Shown: positions 48,656-59,969 of the stretch, one piece after another | Numbering within the stretch: position 1 is the stretch's first letter | Layout: every line of letters begins with the position of its first letter | DNA from: Batkoa obscura | Lineage: Eukaryota | Assembly (NCBI GenBank): GCA_030770535.1 | Contig: JASVEC010000003.1 | Location: forward strand, 620,001 to 684,000 | Direction of reading: 5' to 3' | Length of the DNA: 64,000 nt | Notes under the pieces: model-generated | The model's input: the letters and a program-made list of their open reading frames with translations, nothing else | Database searches by the model: none | What the model was told of the DNA's origin: nothing | Program-made: the position numbers and the translations under genes

Positions 48656-49148
48656 TTTTATAAATTTATTTATATTTAAAAAAATGCTAAATTTTAATAT
48701 TTAGATGTCTTTTTATAGTTTATCTTTAATAATATTTTAGTTAACTCAAATGAAATGCTAATTTTCAAATAGGTAATTAAAATGCAATTTAATGACTTAT
48801 GTTGAATTTATTGGTTGTTTTAACAATAGTTTAAACACTTATAAAATATGGTTTAAAAATTACTTATAGAGAAGTTTATTGACTATGACTATTTGAGAAC
48901 ACATACAAAGGTAAGAAAGAGAGTCATCAATTTTTAGCTTTCTTCCTCTCCAGTAACCTTTCTTCTCTATTTTTAGCATTTAAACAGATAACCTGTAGAC
49001 TTTATTGTATAAAAATATATTTAAATTTTTGTTATTGTAAGATCTTTTTTAGCATTTTAAAACTATTCTTTAGTCCCTATTTCTAATTTAACTTAAAGAT
49101 TTGTAGACTTTGAATATATAGTCTAAAATAAGCTATTCATAAGCAAAT

Positions 49149-49246
49149 GGGGAAGTATTTTTGTGTTTAAGAATTTTACTAATAATTTTTCCACTCAAAT
49201 AGTGCTTGAAAATGGATGAAGTGATGAAGCCAAAAAAAACACCCCC
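49149..49246 (+). mobile_element. MITE family 1, copy G
   Basis: Consensus match; AAAT/AAAT duplication. Confidence 0.9.
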
Positions 49247-49702
49247 AAATATTTACTATTTTCATTTTTTATGCTTTTCATCATATTAAAAATCTGATTC
49301 ATCTTGTTGTATTACTTTCTTATAAATAGTTACAGCTTTAATTATTTAAATAATCCATCATCAATAGTGTAAAGTAGCATCTAGATCTTAACCAGGTCCA
49401 ACTTATACATAGGCGTACTGTATATCTTAGAGCGAAAATCTTTCCCAGTAAAAGAGCTTTCTTTTCCCTTCTTGAGATTAAAACGATTTGAAAAAAGTTA
49501 TGAGATCTTGAAAAATAGATTCTTCACTCCTTCTACTACCTTTCATGATATCAATTTGGTCTTTAAAAAGGGATCTTATAAGGAATAATTGTAAGTATTT
49601 TTATAAGAAACTATCTAATATAGAGTCCAATTATTAAAAAATGTTGTTTTCTATTATGAATTATTCTTTTGTTTTATTTCATTTTAATATTAGAGAAAAC
49701 GA

Positions 49703-52700
49703 TTAAAGTTCCAAGATAACATCTTTAAAAAGGTATAAAATACTATATCGAGTAGTAGAGACTGTAAACCAACTAGGTGTATTTTGATTGATTTCTTGAA
49801 TAGCAGGAATGAACTTAGGGTCATCATAAGAACAAACAAAACCTAACTTGATTGAATTTGAAGCGTTATTATCTTTTGTATAATCAAAAGATATTTCAAA
49901 TGGGTAATTATAATCCCTTCTCATCAAAAAAATTTCATTTTGATTATATTCTTTAATAGCTAATTCCTCATTTGAATTATTTGAATTAACTGTTTTAATA
50001 ACTACATTTTTAACATTTTGTTTATAAAAACTTAAGACACATACATTACTTCTATAACCATTCAATTGAACTTTAAGTTTATACTGATTATTATTAGATG
50101 TATTTTCTTTTAAAGTAACATTAATAAGTTTAGACTCTTCTATTGGAAATTCAGGTTCAGGAGCCGAATAACGATAAACAAATTGATCGCCAATTGGTTC
50201 AATAGCAGCTAATTGACTATTTCTTGCTGATGGTATACTATCACGAACCTCTTTTAAATAAGAAGGAGCGGTAATTGAAGCGTATGAATTATCATTGTCT
50301 CCAGAAACAAACACATCTAAATTTTGTTTCATTAATTGACAACCAATATCTCTTGAAATACATTTATTTTGACCAAAATGAAATACTAAGGGTGCTCTAT
50401 CACTTAATGGAAAACTAAAATAAATTGAAATTGAAACAATAACCCATATAACAAAAAAACTAATAATCATTTTAATTGGTATCTTTCGAATTAATTTGGG
50501 GATTAAATTGATAGAAATTAATGAGGAAATAGCCCCAAATATAGAAATTAAATAATAAATTAGTCCTTTTTGTGTACCTGTTGGTATTGTTTGTGTTAAT
50601 CCTGCAAATACTACAATTACTATTTCTTGATAAATTAAATTCGATAAGATTACAATTATAAATAATAATACTGAACTAAATATACTGAAATATTGACTAT
50701 ACTTATTATCATTAGAAATATTATCATTATTAATGTTAATATCTTTAGAAAGAATATCATTGGAGGTATCATTATTAAAGGTAATGTCATTGTTAGTAAT
50801 CTCATTAGAGGTATTATAGTTAATACTAATGTTAGTATTACTGTTACTGTTACTGTTAGTGTCACTATTAGTTTTAGTATTACTGCTAGTGTTACTGTTA
50901 CTATTAATTAATTTAATATCACTTTGTTTATGATCAATAATACTTGAAGTTGGATAATTATATTTGAATAACAAACCATGTATTGTTGTATAAATAAAAT
51001 TTAATACTGATAGAATATTGATAAAGTATAATGGACCTAACTTTTTAAATAATAATACAACATTAATTAAATTAAATAATAACCAAAATAAGCTACTTGA
51101 TTGAATTAAAATGGGTTCGATTAATTCAAATTGTTTCTTATTTTCATACCATGACCATAAATAAATGGTTATACTTAAACACACTAACCCAAGGAAAGTA
51201 TAAGATGCAAATACATAATCTGAAAAACTATGCGCTGCCATACCTTGACCACTAATCCAAAAATAATTAGATACTATTGTTAGAATAGCATAAAATAGAA
51301 TAGCAACAATAATAGCCAAAAAACCACGAAGAATTGGGAAGATTGTTAATCTTATAGTCCTTGATAACTTGTTTTTGTTCTTGTTTTTATTATAATAAAT
51401 TGTTTTTATTATAATAAGTGACATTGAAATAAATTGTAAAATTAATATAACTAAAGAAATTACAACATAGGAATTAAATGTAAATACTTCTGAAAAATAA
51501 CCAAATACATCAAAGAATACACCACCGTCTTCTGGTTCACTTAATTGTTCAATTTCATTTGAACTTCCTAAAGTATTGATTGCTGAACATACTGATTCCC
51601 CAAAAACTTTAAGAGATTTAAGGTAAATTTTTGAAATGTCATCTTTATAAGTATGATAAACTGCTCTATTAGAATAAATAGCAAAATCAACACCTGGAAT
51701 ATTGGCAGCATTATAAATTTGAAAATCGGTATTGGAACTAATAATTCTTAATTTAAAAGCGGTAAAACCAATAACAGAACTATGTGGATGAGGCGACTTT
51801 GAAAATGCTTTATTAATTATATTACTTGATGATTGAAATAACATGCCTCGATTTCCACTACCTGAAGCTTCTAAATTTATAAATCCTTTAACATCTTTTT
51901 TCCATTCATGTAGTAAAAAAGATTTTGATCCAAATAATCCTTTTTCTTCAGCTGAATTAAAGTTATAGATGAAATCAACTGTCTTTGGGGGATTCAATAT
52001 ACTTAATCTTAAGGATTCTAATAAAGTTGCTACTGACATACCATTATCACTTGCTCCATGACTAGTTGATTGGGAATCATGATGAGCTGAAAAAAGTAAG
52101 GCTGGTTTATTATAACTTTTAATAGTATTATTATTATTGTTATTATTATTATTTGATAAAGTGAATGAAAGTGGATGAATTCTTACTAGAATATTACTTG
52201 CTTCAAAATAAATACTTTGATTACCACTACGAAACGCACTTTTGCCCACTGCTCTTTCACTTAACATATTAGTTCTACGATCAAAATCATATTCAACTAT
52301 ATTTTTTTCATACAATTTAATGGATAATTGTTGTAAAGCTTCAATATAAGAGATGATATAACTTTCTACATTTTTGATTTCATCTGTATTATAAGTGTGT
52401 ACTTTAGTACCAAATCTCAATAAATGAGAATAGGCAAAATTGGTATTGAATTCATTGTCCTTTTTCAATTCTTCAAAATTATATTTATATTTGTAAACAT
52501 TGTCTTCAGTTTCAATGGAGGGTATACTTATGTTATTATTTAAAAAATTATGTTGCCATTCTTTCCAATGACTTGGTGATTTTTCGGAAAATATTAAGAT
52601 ATCAATTACTATTTGAAATGCTGCTATATAAACAACGACTGCTAGTATAAAGGTTATTATGGATATATATCTTCTAGTTAAATTGAATACATTGTCTTTA

Positions 52701-52717
52701 GAAACATTAACTTTCAT
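49703..52717 (-). CDS. M28 zinc metallopeptidase with multi-pass membrane domain (ERMP1/Pff1-like), paralog 2, intronless
   Basis: 1004-aa ORF collinear with 23715-26603. Motifs SAHHDS, GASDNG, SAEEKG, NLEASG and YHTYKD; expanded Asn/Ser loop. Confidence 0.92.
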   Translation of the reverse strand: MKVNVSKDNVFNLTRRYISIITFILAVVVYIAAFQIVIDILIFSEKSPSHWKEWQHNFLNNNISIPSIETEDNVYKYKYNFEELKKDNEFNTNFAYSHLLRFGTKVHTYNTDEIKNVESYIISYIEALQQLSIKLYEKNIVEYDFDRRTNMLSERAVGKSAFRSGNQSIYFEASNILVRIHPLSFTLSNNNNNNNNNTIKSYNKPALLFSAHHDSQSTSHGASDNGMSVATLLESLRLSILNPPKTVDFIYNFNSAEEKGLFGSKSFLLHEWKKDVKGFINLEASGSGNRGMLFQSSSNIINKAFSKSPHPHSSVIGFTAFKLRIISSNTDFQIYNAANIPGVDFAIYSNRAVYHTYKDDISKIYLKSLKVFGESVCSAINTLGSSNEIEQLSEPEDGGVFFDVFGYFSEVFTFNSYVVISLVILILQFISMSLIIIKTIYYNKNKNKNKLSRTIRLTIFPILRGFLAIIVAILFYAILTIVSNYFWISGQGMAAHSFSDYVFASYTFLGLVCLSITIYLWSWYENKKQFELIEPILIQSSSLFWLLFNLINVVLLFKKLGPLYFINILSVLNFIYTTIHGLLFKYNYPTSSIIDHKQSDIKLINSNSNTSSNTKTNSDTNSNSNSNTNISINYNTSNEITNNDITFNNDTSNDILSKDININNDNISNDNKYSQYFSIFSSVLLFIIVILSNLIYQEIVIVVFAGLTQTIPTGTQKGLIYYLISIFGAISSLISINLIPKLIRKIPIKMIISFFVIWVIVSISIYFSFPLSDRAPLVFHFGQNKCISRDIGCQLMKQNLDVFVSGDNDNSYASITAPSYLKEVRDSIPSARNSQLAAIEPIGDQFVYRYSAPEPEFPIEESKLINVTLKENTSNNNQYKLKVQLNGYRSNVCVLSFYKQNVKNVVIKTVNSNNSNEELAIKEYNQNEIFLMRRDYNYPFEISFDYTKDNNASNSIKLGFVCSYDDPKFIPAIQEINQNTPSWFTVSTTRYSILYLFKDVILEL

Positions 52718-53643
52718 TCTTGAATTTTCTTATTTTGTACTCTTGAATCTTGATTGTTAAATTAAATATACTAATTCATTTCAAAATCGATTTGTTTTGT
52801 TTATATACTTTTGTCTTTATTAACTTGTGTACAATTATTATATAAGTATAAATGCCACCAATTGAAAAATTCTTCGTTTATTATCTATATTTGACACTTT
52901 GAACTTTCGAAAATCAAGAATTATGGAATGGTGCTTCCCTTTTGTTCCATATTCAACGCATAATAACCATTTTTATTTTTTTCAAAATGCTTGAAGTCTA
53001 AAATTTAGTAAATTTAACTGGCATTTTTATATTTAAATTTGACTATTTATAGTCCACCTTTCAAAATAAAAAATTTCAACAAAACCTATACTCAAGTAAG
53101 TTTTGATATTGTTTATTTGAGTAAAAAATGATATAGATTAATTTGATATTTGTCTAGAATCATTTCATTATTGAAATAGAAAATAATGTGAATTATAAAG
53201 TATCTTTGAAATACTGCTTTTTCTTGTTACTAGTTTATAGAATTTAATGTTTTCTAAAATTAAATATGTATTAAAACAGAAAAAGTACCAGTTTTTAACC
53301 TGTTAAATAAAAAATAAAATAAAATGAAAAATAAAATGATTAAAATATGAATGAGTGCAAGCCAAACATAAAGTCATAATAACTTTCATCCAGTTTTGAT
53401 ACAAGTTTAACTTAGTAAAATTTGTAAACTAAAAAGAACGTTAAGGAAAAAACAGCATAGAGGATGTGTTTTTTATTTCAAAAATTTCTACTTCCCGAGT
53501 AATCCGAACTTTTTATAAACTTACCCAATTCCTTTAACATAAAATATACCCTTTATTGTGTTAATATCAATGCTCAATTTACCATTCTTACAATTAACCG
53601 ATATCAGTAAAATATTAAACCTTGGAGTACAATTTAACCATAT

Positions 53644-53742
53644 GGGGATGTATTTTTGTGTTTAAGAATTTTACTAACAGTTTTTCCACTCAAATAGTGC
53701 TTAAAAGATGCAAAAAGTGATGAAGCCAAAAAAAACATCCCC
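53644..53742 (+). mobile_element. MITE family 1, copy H
   Basis: Consensus match; ATAT/ATAT duplication. Confidence 0.9.
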
Positions 53743-54683
53743 ATATCTTTTAGCAATCTTTCTCTTTTTTACAAATGTTTTCATTAGTAGAAACCCTATA
53801 TAATGAAAGAAAAGATTATATAATAATGTATATTCAAGCAGTGGATGAATTTCAAGGAATGAGTTGAGTTTATCCATAGTAGGGTAGTTAGAATCATTAA
53901 GAAAGGCGGACACCATTGAAGGTAAGCAAATAGTGGATTTTTTAAAGAATAAATTATAATCGTGGGTGGAAAATGGGGTGTCACAAATTATAAGTTTTGT
54001 GTATTTTTAAATATTGTAAAAGTATCTTATAAACTAAAATTTGTATTATTCAGATTAATATATATTATAAACTCACAAGGAATACCAAATATAAAGACCT
54101 CATACATTTATTAAAGATGTGCTTTTTTTTTAAATAAATAGTTGTTTTAAATAAGTATATTCTATACTTGCTTTTGAATACTTTATATTTAAAAGCATGT
54201 TAGATATAACTTTTGTTAGAAAAATTAGTAAATGTCTCAAAGTACGATATAAGTTTGACAATTTTTAAACTTTTATTATAATAGATTCAAAGCATAGAGC
54301 TTTATTCTATAAAAAAAAGGATTGTTTTTGTCCTTTACTGTATTATACTAAAAAGACAAATGTTATTATAATTGGTTTTGGTTATTATATTATGCCACGA
54401 TAATGATATACACTATTACTTTATTGATTAACTTGTTTTTTTTTTAAATTAAACTGAAGATTTATTTTTAATTATATTTATAACCTCAAATTGCTTTTTA
54501 TATTAATTATTGTTAAAACGTTATTAAATCTATAAATTCTTAGGTTTGTTATCAAAAATATATCAGTAATCAATAGTATATAAATCAACAAATAAATCTT
54601 ACGAGTTTTACATAAGTGTATTTATAGATAGCTCTAAATGTAGTTAAAAAAACTATTAAAAGTTGAACATTTTCTTGATCCTC

Positions 54684-54852
54684 TTAACCACTTGAGTACT
54701 GTGGATGAACATTGTTTGTAGTGTTTAAATTAAATTAACCCCTTGGGTATTAGTTTCAAAAAAAAGCTGATCTAATTACCATAAAATTCATTAGAAAACA
54801 TGATCTAATTGAAAAGAATTTTCTTTGAGGTGTCCAGTACTCAAAGGGTTAA
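54684..54852. mobile_element. MITE family 2, ~161 bp, TTAA-flanked (piggyBac-like)
   Basis: TTAA-CCACTTGAGTACTG ... CAGTACTCAAAGGG-TTAA: 14-bp imperfect TIRs with TTAA on both sides. A second copy lies at 47072-47231. Confidence 0.85.
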
Positions 54853-56942
54853 AGAGTACATTTGAATATTAATTTAGTAATTGTTTAATTTTATATATCT
54901 GGCTGAGGTCTTAGAGAACTGGTATAATAACAGCTTTCTGCAAAAAAATTCCTTTGTTATGTAAAAATGAAAGCTAACTAAATAACGGCAATTAAATTGA
55001 AAAGTAGCTACGGTTATTTTCAAATATAGTAACCCTAGCTCTAATTAAACCTATGTTTAATTTAATCAATTTGGATTAAGCAAAAGTAATACAGTTGTTG
55101 AAACTCTATTGTTATCTAATTAATAGTTCATTTAAAGATAAAAATATGTTAAAGTAGGACAAAAAATCTACTGATTAAGTATTAAAAAACCAAACAAATA
55201 AATACATACTTCTAAAGACTACCGCAAATTAGGTCGCAGTAAAGTTGTAGTATCTGTATCATAATTTATACTTTAAAATTTAGCAGAATTTTTAGCTTTG
55301 GCCTTATGAATTATTTCTTAATCGAAAATTTTAAACTTTTTATAAAACCAATTCTTTAAGATCTCAACCATAAATCTTGGCCTATACAGATTTTATAACT
55401 ATATTTAAAAAAGAACTTAAACTTACCCTTTACATTATTAATACTAATACTTTTAATTAAAGCTTTTACGTTATTATTGTACAATATTTACTACGTAAAA
55501 CATCCAAACAATCTTAAACTTTAAAGCGCCAAACATTAAGCAATGTTAAGTTGTAATATAGGACATCTTCAAAAATAGTACAGCAGGGTGAGAGAGGGTA
55601 TATATAAAGATTCAACTTTAACTTTTAGTCTTTTACGGTTTAAACAATCAGTTATATCATGGAAAGCAACGGTAGTTTAAGCTGGGTTTATACTTTATTC
55701 AACCATAAATACATAAGCATTCTACAAATGACCAACTTAATGATGTTATAAAAAAAGATTAAAATCATAACACGTATATGTATCGAGTACTTCAGAAAGA
55801 TAATAAAGAAAAAATTACGTACCATGTTCCTAAGCAACATAATAACAAAAAGTAGTAGTGACTCATATTTTCATAATAATAATATATTTTATAGTTTCAG
55901 CTTATTACTTATTTGAAGAAAATAACTTTTATCCTCTTTTATTACTTTATATGAAACATAACATTGCAAAAAAGTTATACATAAGGCTATATACACTTAT
56001 GGTAGAATCAAATACGTTCAAGGCTATACTTTCAATGGGAGGATTGAATTCGAAATTGGAATTGTATTTTACCCATTTATTAGAGGTATTGTAAAATAAT
56101 ATAAATATAAAGTATAATTAAATAAATTTATTAGCACTATGAAACCCATTTTAGAAAAGCGAATGATGACTGTTTATCAACTATGCTCAATAAACTGATT
56201 AGAAAACAAATCATAAAATTAAATTATAATCAAAATGATTTAGTATTAGGAAATTAAATCTACATTAAATAAGCTGTATTTTAAATAAAAAATATTAGAT
56301 TTTTATAAAAGATAGTTTTAGTTTTAATTTTATCAAAAAATATCTAACTTCTATAATCTAGTAATATAAAAAATAAGTTAAATCACAAAAATATTTATTT
56401 GTAATTTTAAGCTTTGTTTTATATTTTTTATTAACATACAAACAATTAGTTTGATCTTTATAATCACTTGATCTAAAGTTTTAGCTGTACTTACATTAAT
56501 AAAATAACAATAATAATGGAATAGTAAGGTTAAAAGTTTTTATTAACAAAAAACAGAGCTATAAAGTGAAAATATTTGACAAATATGTTTTAGCATAATG
56601 CCTAACACTATTACATTTTTTCCAATTTGGTTTCTTCTTTTGTAGCTTGTTTTTAAAATCCTTAACCTTGCCTATTACCCTGTTGCTTTAATTATTATGT
56701 ACTTATTTAAAAATCATAACTATTTTTTATACTAAGGGTACCACCACCTTCATAAATCTGCTTTTTAATATATGGCAATACTCACTTAGCATATTATTAG
56801 TATTTTTAAGTTAGGGAATTTTATTTTTTATAATATTAAATTTATATATACATATTTTACTGCTTCTTCAAATTGATTTATTGATTTTTCTAATAAAAGT
56901 GGCATAATTTTAAATTTACTTGACTTATTAGATTAATTATAT

Positions 56943-57040
56943 GGGGATGTATTTTTTTGTTTAAGAATTTTACTAACAATTTTTCCACTCAAATAGCGCT
57001 TAAAAGATGCAAAAAGTGATGAAGCTAAAGAAACACCCCC
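56943..57040 (+). mobile_element. MITE family 1, copy I
   Basis: Consensus match; ATAT/ATAT duplication. Confidence 0.9.
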
Positions 57041-57251
57041 ATATTAAGTTAGTGTTTTTAGTATTTAAATTAAAAGTATATATGTTATTTTCAGAGCTAT
57101 TTAGTATTTTGATTTTTAATTCTAAAATTATAGTATTAGGATTTAAAAAATAAGGCCTAGCTTTTTTAAACCCAGCTTTGATATTAAAATATATAAATGT
57201 TTTATTGAAAATTTCATTCATCAATTATAGTAAAAAAAAGGGATCGCCTAT

Positions 57252-57730
57252 TGTGAAAGTTGGTACTCAGTGGTAGGAGTTAAAAGCAGTTCTTGGTTGA
57301 TTAAGTTGCCTTGAGTCGAACAATCTTAGTTTATATAACTAAGATAGACTTAAATGAATAAGAATAATACGTAATAAGTTACGAACTATGTAAAACAAAT
57401 AGAATAGACGATACTACTGTAAAATCTACCTAAAATATTGTCAGAAAGACTTAGTGGCTTTATTAATAGTACGATATCAGGGAGTAATTCAATTAAAAAG
57501 CCTCGAGCTATCATGTTGAAGAATCTCTTTTATACTCCAACAAATATGGATATCAAAACGAGTGGATATTATTCTTTCCAATATGAAGTTATAAATTCTC
57601 GCAGCAAATCAAAATAAAGGACTCTGACTTGTGTTTGAACTTGAGAACACAGCAACTTAAATGATTGTTGTGTTATAATCAATCCGAGAGCTAATAAAGG
57701 AATATTTCACACTATCTTTGTAAGTTAACA
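57252..57730. mobile_element. Possible solo LTR-like relic
   Basis: Segment richer in GC than its flanks, bounded by TGT...ACA, with TATAAA (~57590) and AATAAA motifs. Flanking 5-mers CCTAT/CCTTG match only partly, and there is no second copy in the window. Confidence 0.25.
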
Positions 57731-58458
57731 CCTTGTATAAAAGTAACTTATTCTCTATTACCTTGTTTTACTATAATAGGTTTTTTAAAATTATTAAAAC
57801 TAGTTATTATCATTTTTAAAGAAATTTTACCAAATATAAAGCTATTTTTATCAAAATTATAAATTTTCTTATTATTAATATTATATTTATTAATTGTGTA
57901 AAATACACATTCAAACCAGTTTAATGTTTTCTTTGGATTTTCATTCTTATATCGTTTATATTCATACTTATTATTAAAACAACTTCAAAACTTAAGCTGT
58001 TTTTTTATAAAGCTAATAACTCGACAATTACCAATTGAATGTAATTATGTTAAGCAAGTTGGTTAGTTATTTCTTTTACATTAGAGTGTTTAGAGGGAAA
58101 TTGTTTTAAACTTAAATCAATCATATAGTCAACAATTACTTTCTTTTTTAATTTTGTTAATTTTTGGGCAGAATTGATAATATTTGCTCTTAAAGTCTTC
58201 CTTTTAATCTACAACCTAATGTAAAGTAGCTAACACAAAATATTGAAGCAGCAGCTTTGATACTTAATTTTGGGTTCTTTTCAATGGCTTTAATAGTTAA
58301 ATTAATATTACTTTCACTCGGTTTATTTCTCATTATAGAAAAGTATCAAAAAAGTGAATTTTGCTTATATATTTTATATTTTAAATTTTAAATTTTAAAT
58401 TTCCGAGTCAAATGATTATAAGGATCAAACAATTTGGACATTAGATTATTTAATATAT

Positions 58459-58554
58459 GGGGGTGTTTTTTTGGCTTCATTATTTTTTCTATTTTTGAGC
58501 GCTATTTGAGCGGAAAGGTTGTTAGTAAAATCTTAAACAAAAAAATATATCCTC
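58459..58554 (-). mobile_element. MITE family 1, copy J
   Basis: Consensus match, reversed; ATAT/ATAT flanks. Confidence 0.9.
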
Positions 58555-59969
58555 ATATAAACAACTAAAAATTCTGAACTTAGGAATTTTAATGAATAGA
58601 GTAAAAAAAATTAATGTATTAAAATGAATTGTTTTATTTAAACATAATATTCAATAACTTTATTTAAGCATACTTGTTTTGTTTATAACTGATAATAATT
58701 TAATAGTATATGTACTATAAAGTACATCAAATTTTATATAAACATTTAAAAATAAAAATAAAATCTGTAATTTTTTATAATTTTAATAAATCAATAATTT
58801 TAAAAATAGAAAAAGTGATGAAAAAAAAAACATCTTCACATTATTTTTTTTGGAATTGTTATATTAAATATTTTTATAAACTGTAGTTCCGTAGCTTTTT
58901 TCAATAAAGTATTTACCAAAATTCTAAATGAAAAAATAATATTTATGTATATGACTTTAAAGGCTGACATCATTATTTAGAGTTTACCCACTCCTTATTT
59001 CATTAAAACAAAATTTAACCTAAGTCTTTTTTATAACACTAAATTCTTAAAAATATTCTATTTTCATATATTAGAATTTATAATTGGTATAATGATTTTA
59101 AGGATAAAGTGTTATTCTACTATACAGCGAAAAGGGTGATCTAAGTAAACAAGTTGAAATTTTAACAAATGTTAACAAAATTGTTTAATTTTTATCTTGA
59201 TGGCCCGAAATTTAGTCAAGCAAGCTAATGAACTTTAAAGTTAATTACAACTTGCTCAAGTGAATTTAATACCTGGTACAGAGTTCGCTTAAATTGTGTA
59301 AATGTTTATAATCATCCATTACATTAATAATCAAAAACATGTAAAAAGCAAGGCCAATTAGAAAACCGCTAAATATAGTACTAATGATTACCGGTAAGGA
59401 AAAAGGAAAAAAACCAAATGAAATAATTTAGGAAGAGTAATTCCTAATTATTCTCAAGTTTAAATTTAACTAAATAAAAATAAAATGTAATGATTTTATC
59501 AAAGTTCGCTTCTAAAATTAACATTTGATTTTTGAAAAGCTATGGTTGATTGATACTTCTGATGTATTATTTTGATATATAATAAAATAAATTGTCTGCT
59601 AAATATGATTATCTTTATATACTGGGAATTCATCAAAATTCCATAAAGTAGGTTAGTAAATCCTTCAAATTACCCATCCACACAATAGATAACTTGCTGC
59701 ATCCCTTGTATATTTTATGACCCGAAATCTTCCTTAAATAGAAAATCTCCCTTAACAGAAAACGATCATTATAAATCTTTCATTTTTGATTGAATTATCC
59801 ATTAAATCTCAGATTGAAGTGACTTCCTAAATATAGACAAACTATAAAATCAACGTCATTTAGTAAATTTAATTTAAGGGGGACTAGGTATATAAACTCT
59901 TGAGATGACGATAACTCATTTTATCGTTTTATCTTTTTTTTTGAAGATTAATAATTATTTTTAATCCAT

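Noticed and set aside
49380..49600. Possible retroelement coding relic; shares TTTTACTGGGAA with ~4955-4967
   Set aside because: No open frame or recognisable RT/integrase motif in the frames inspected; a 12-nt match is insufficient.
53745..53985. GC-richer segment ending in GTCACA, possibly an LTR end
   Set aside because: No matching opposite terminus, TSD or second copy is visible.
53701..57224. Short ORFs 53701-53916 and 57000-57224 sharing the C-terminus FITFCIF
   Set aside because: The shared ending is simply translated MITE sequence (copies H and I).
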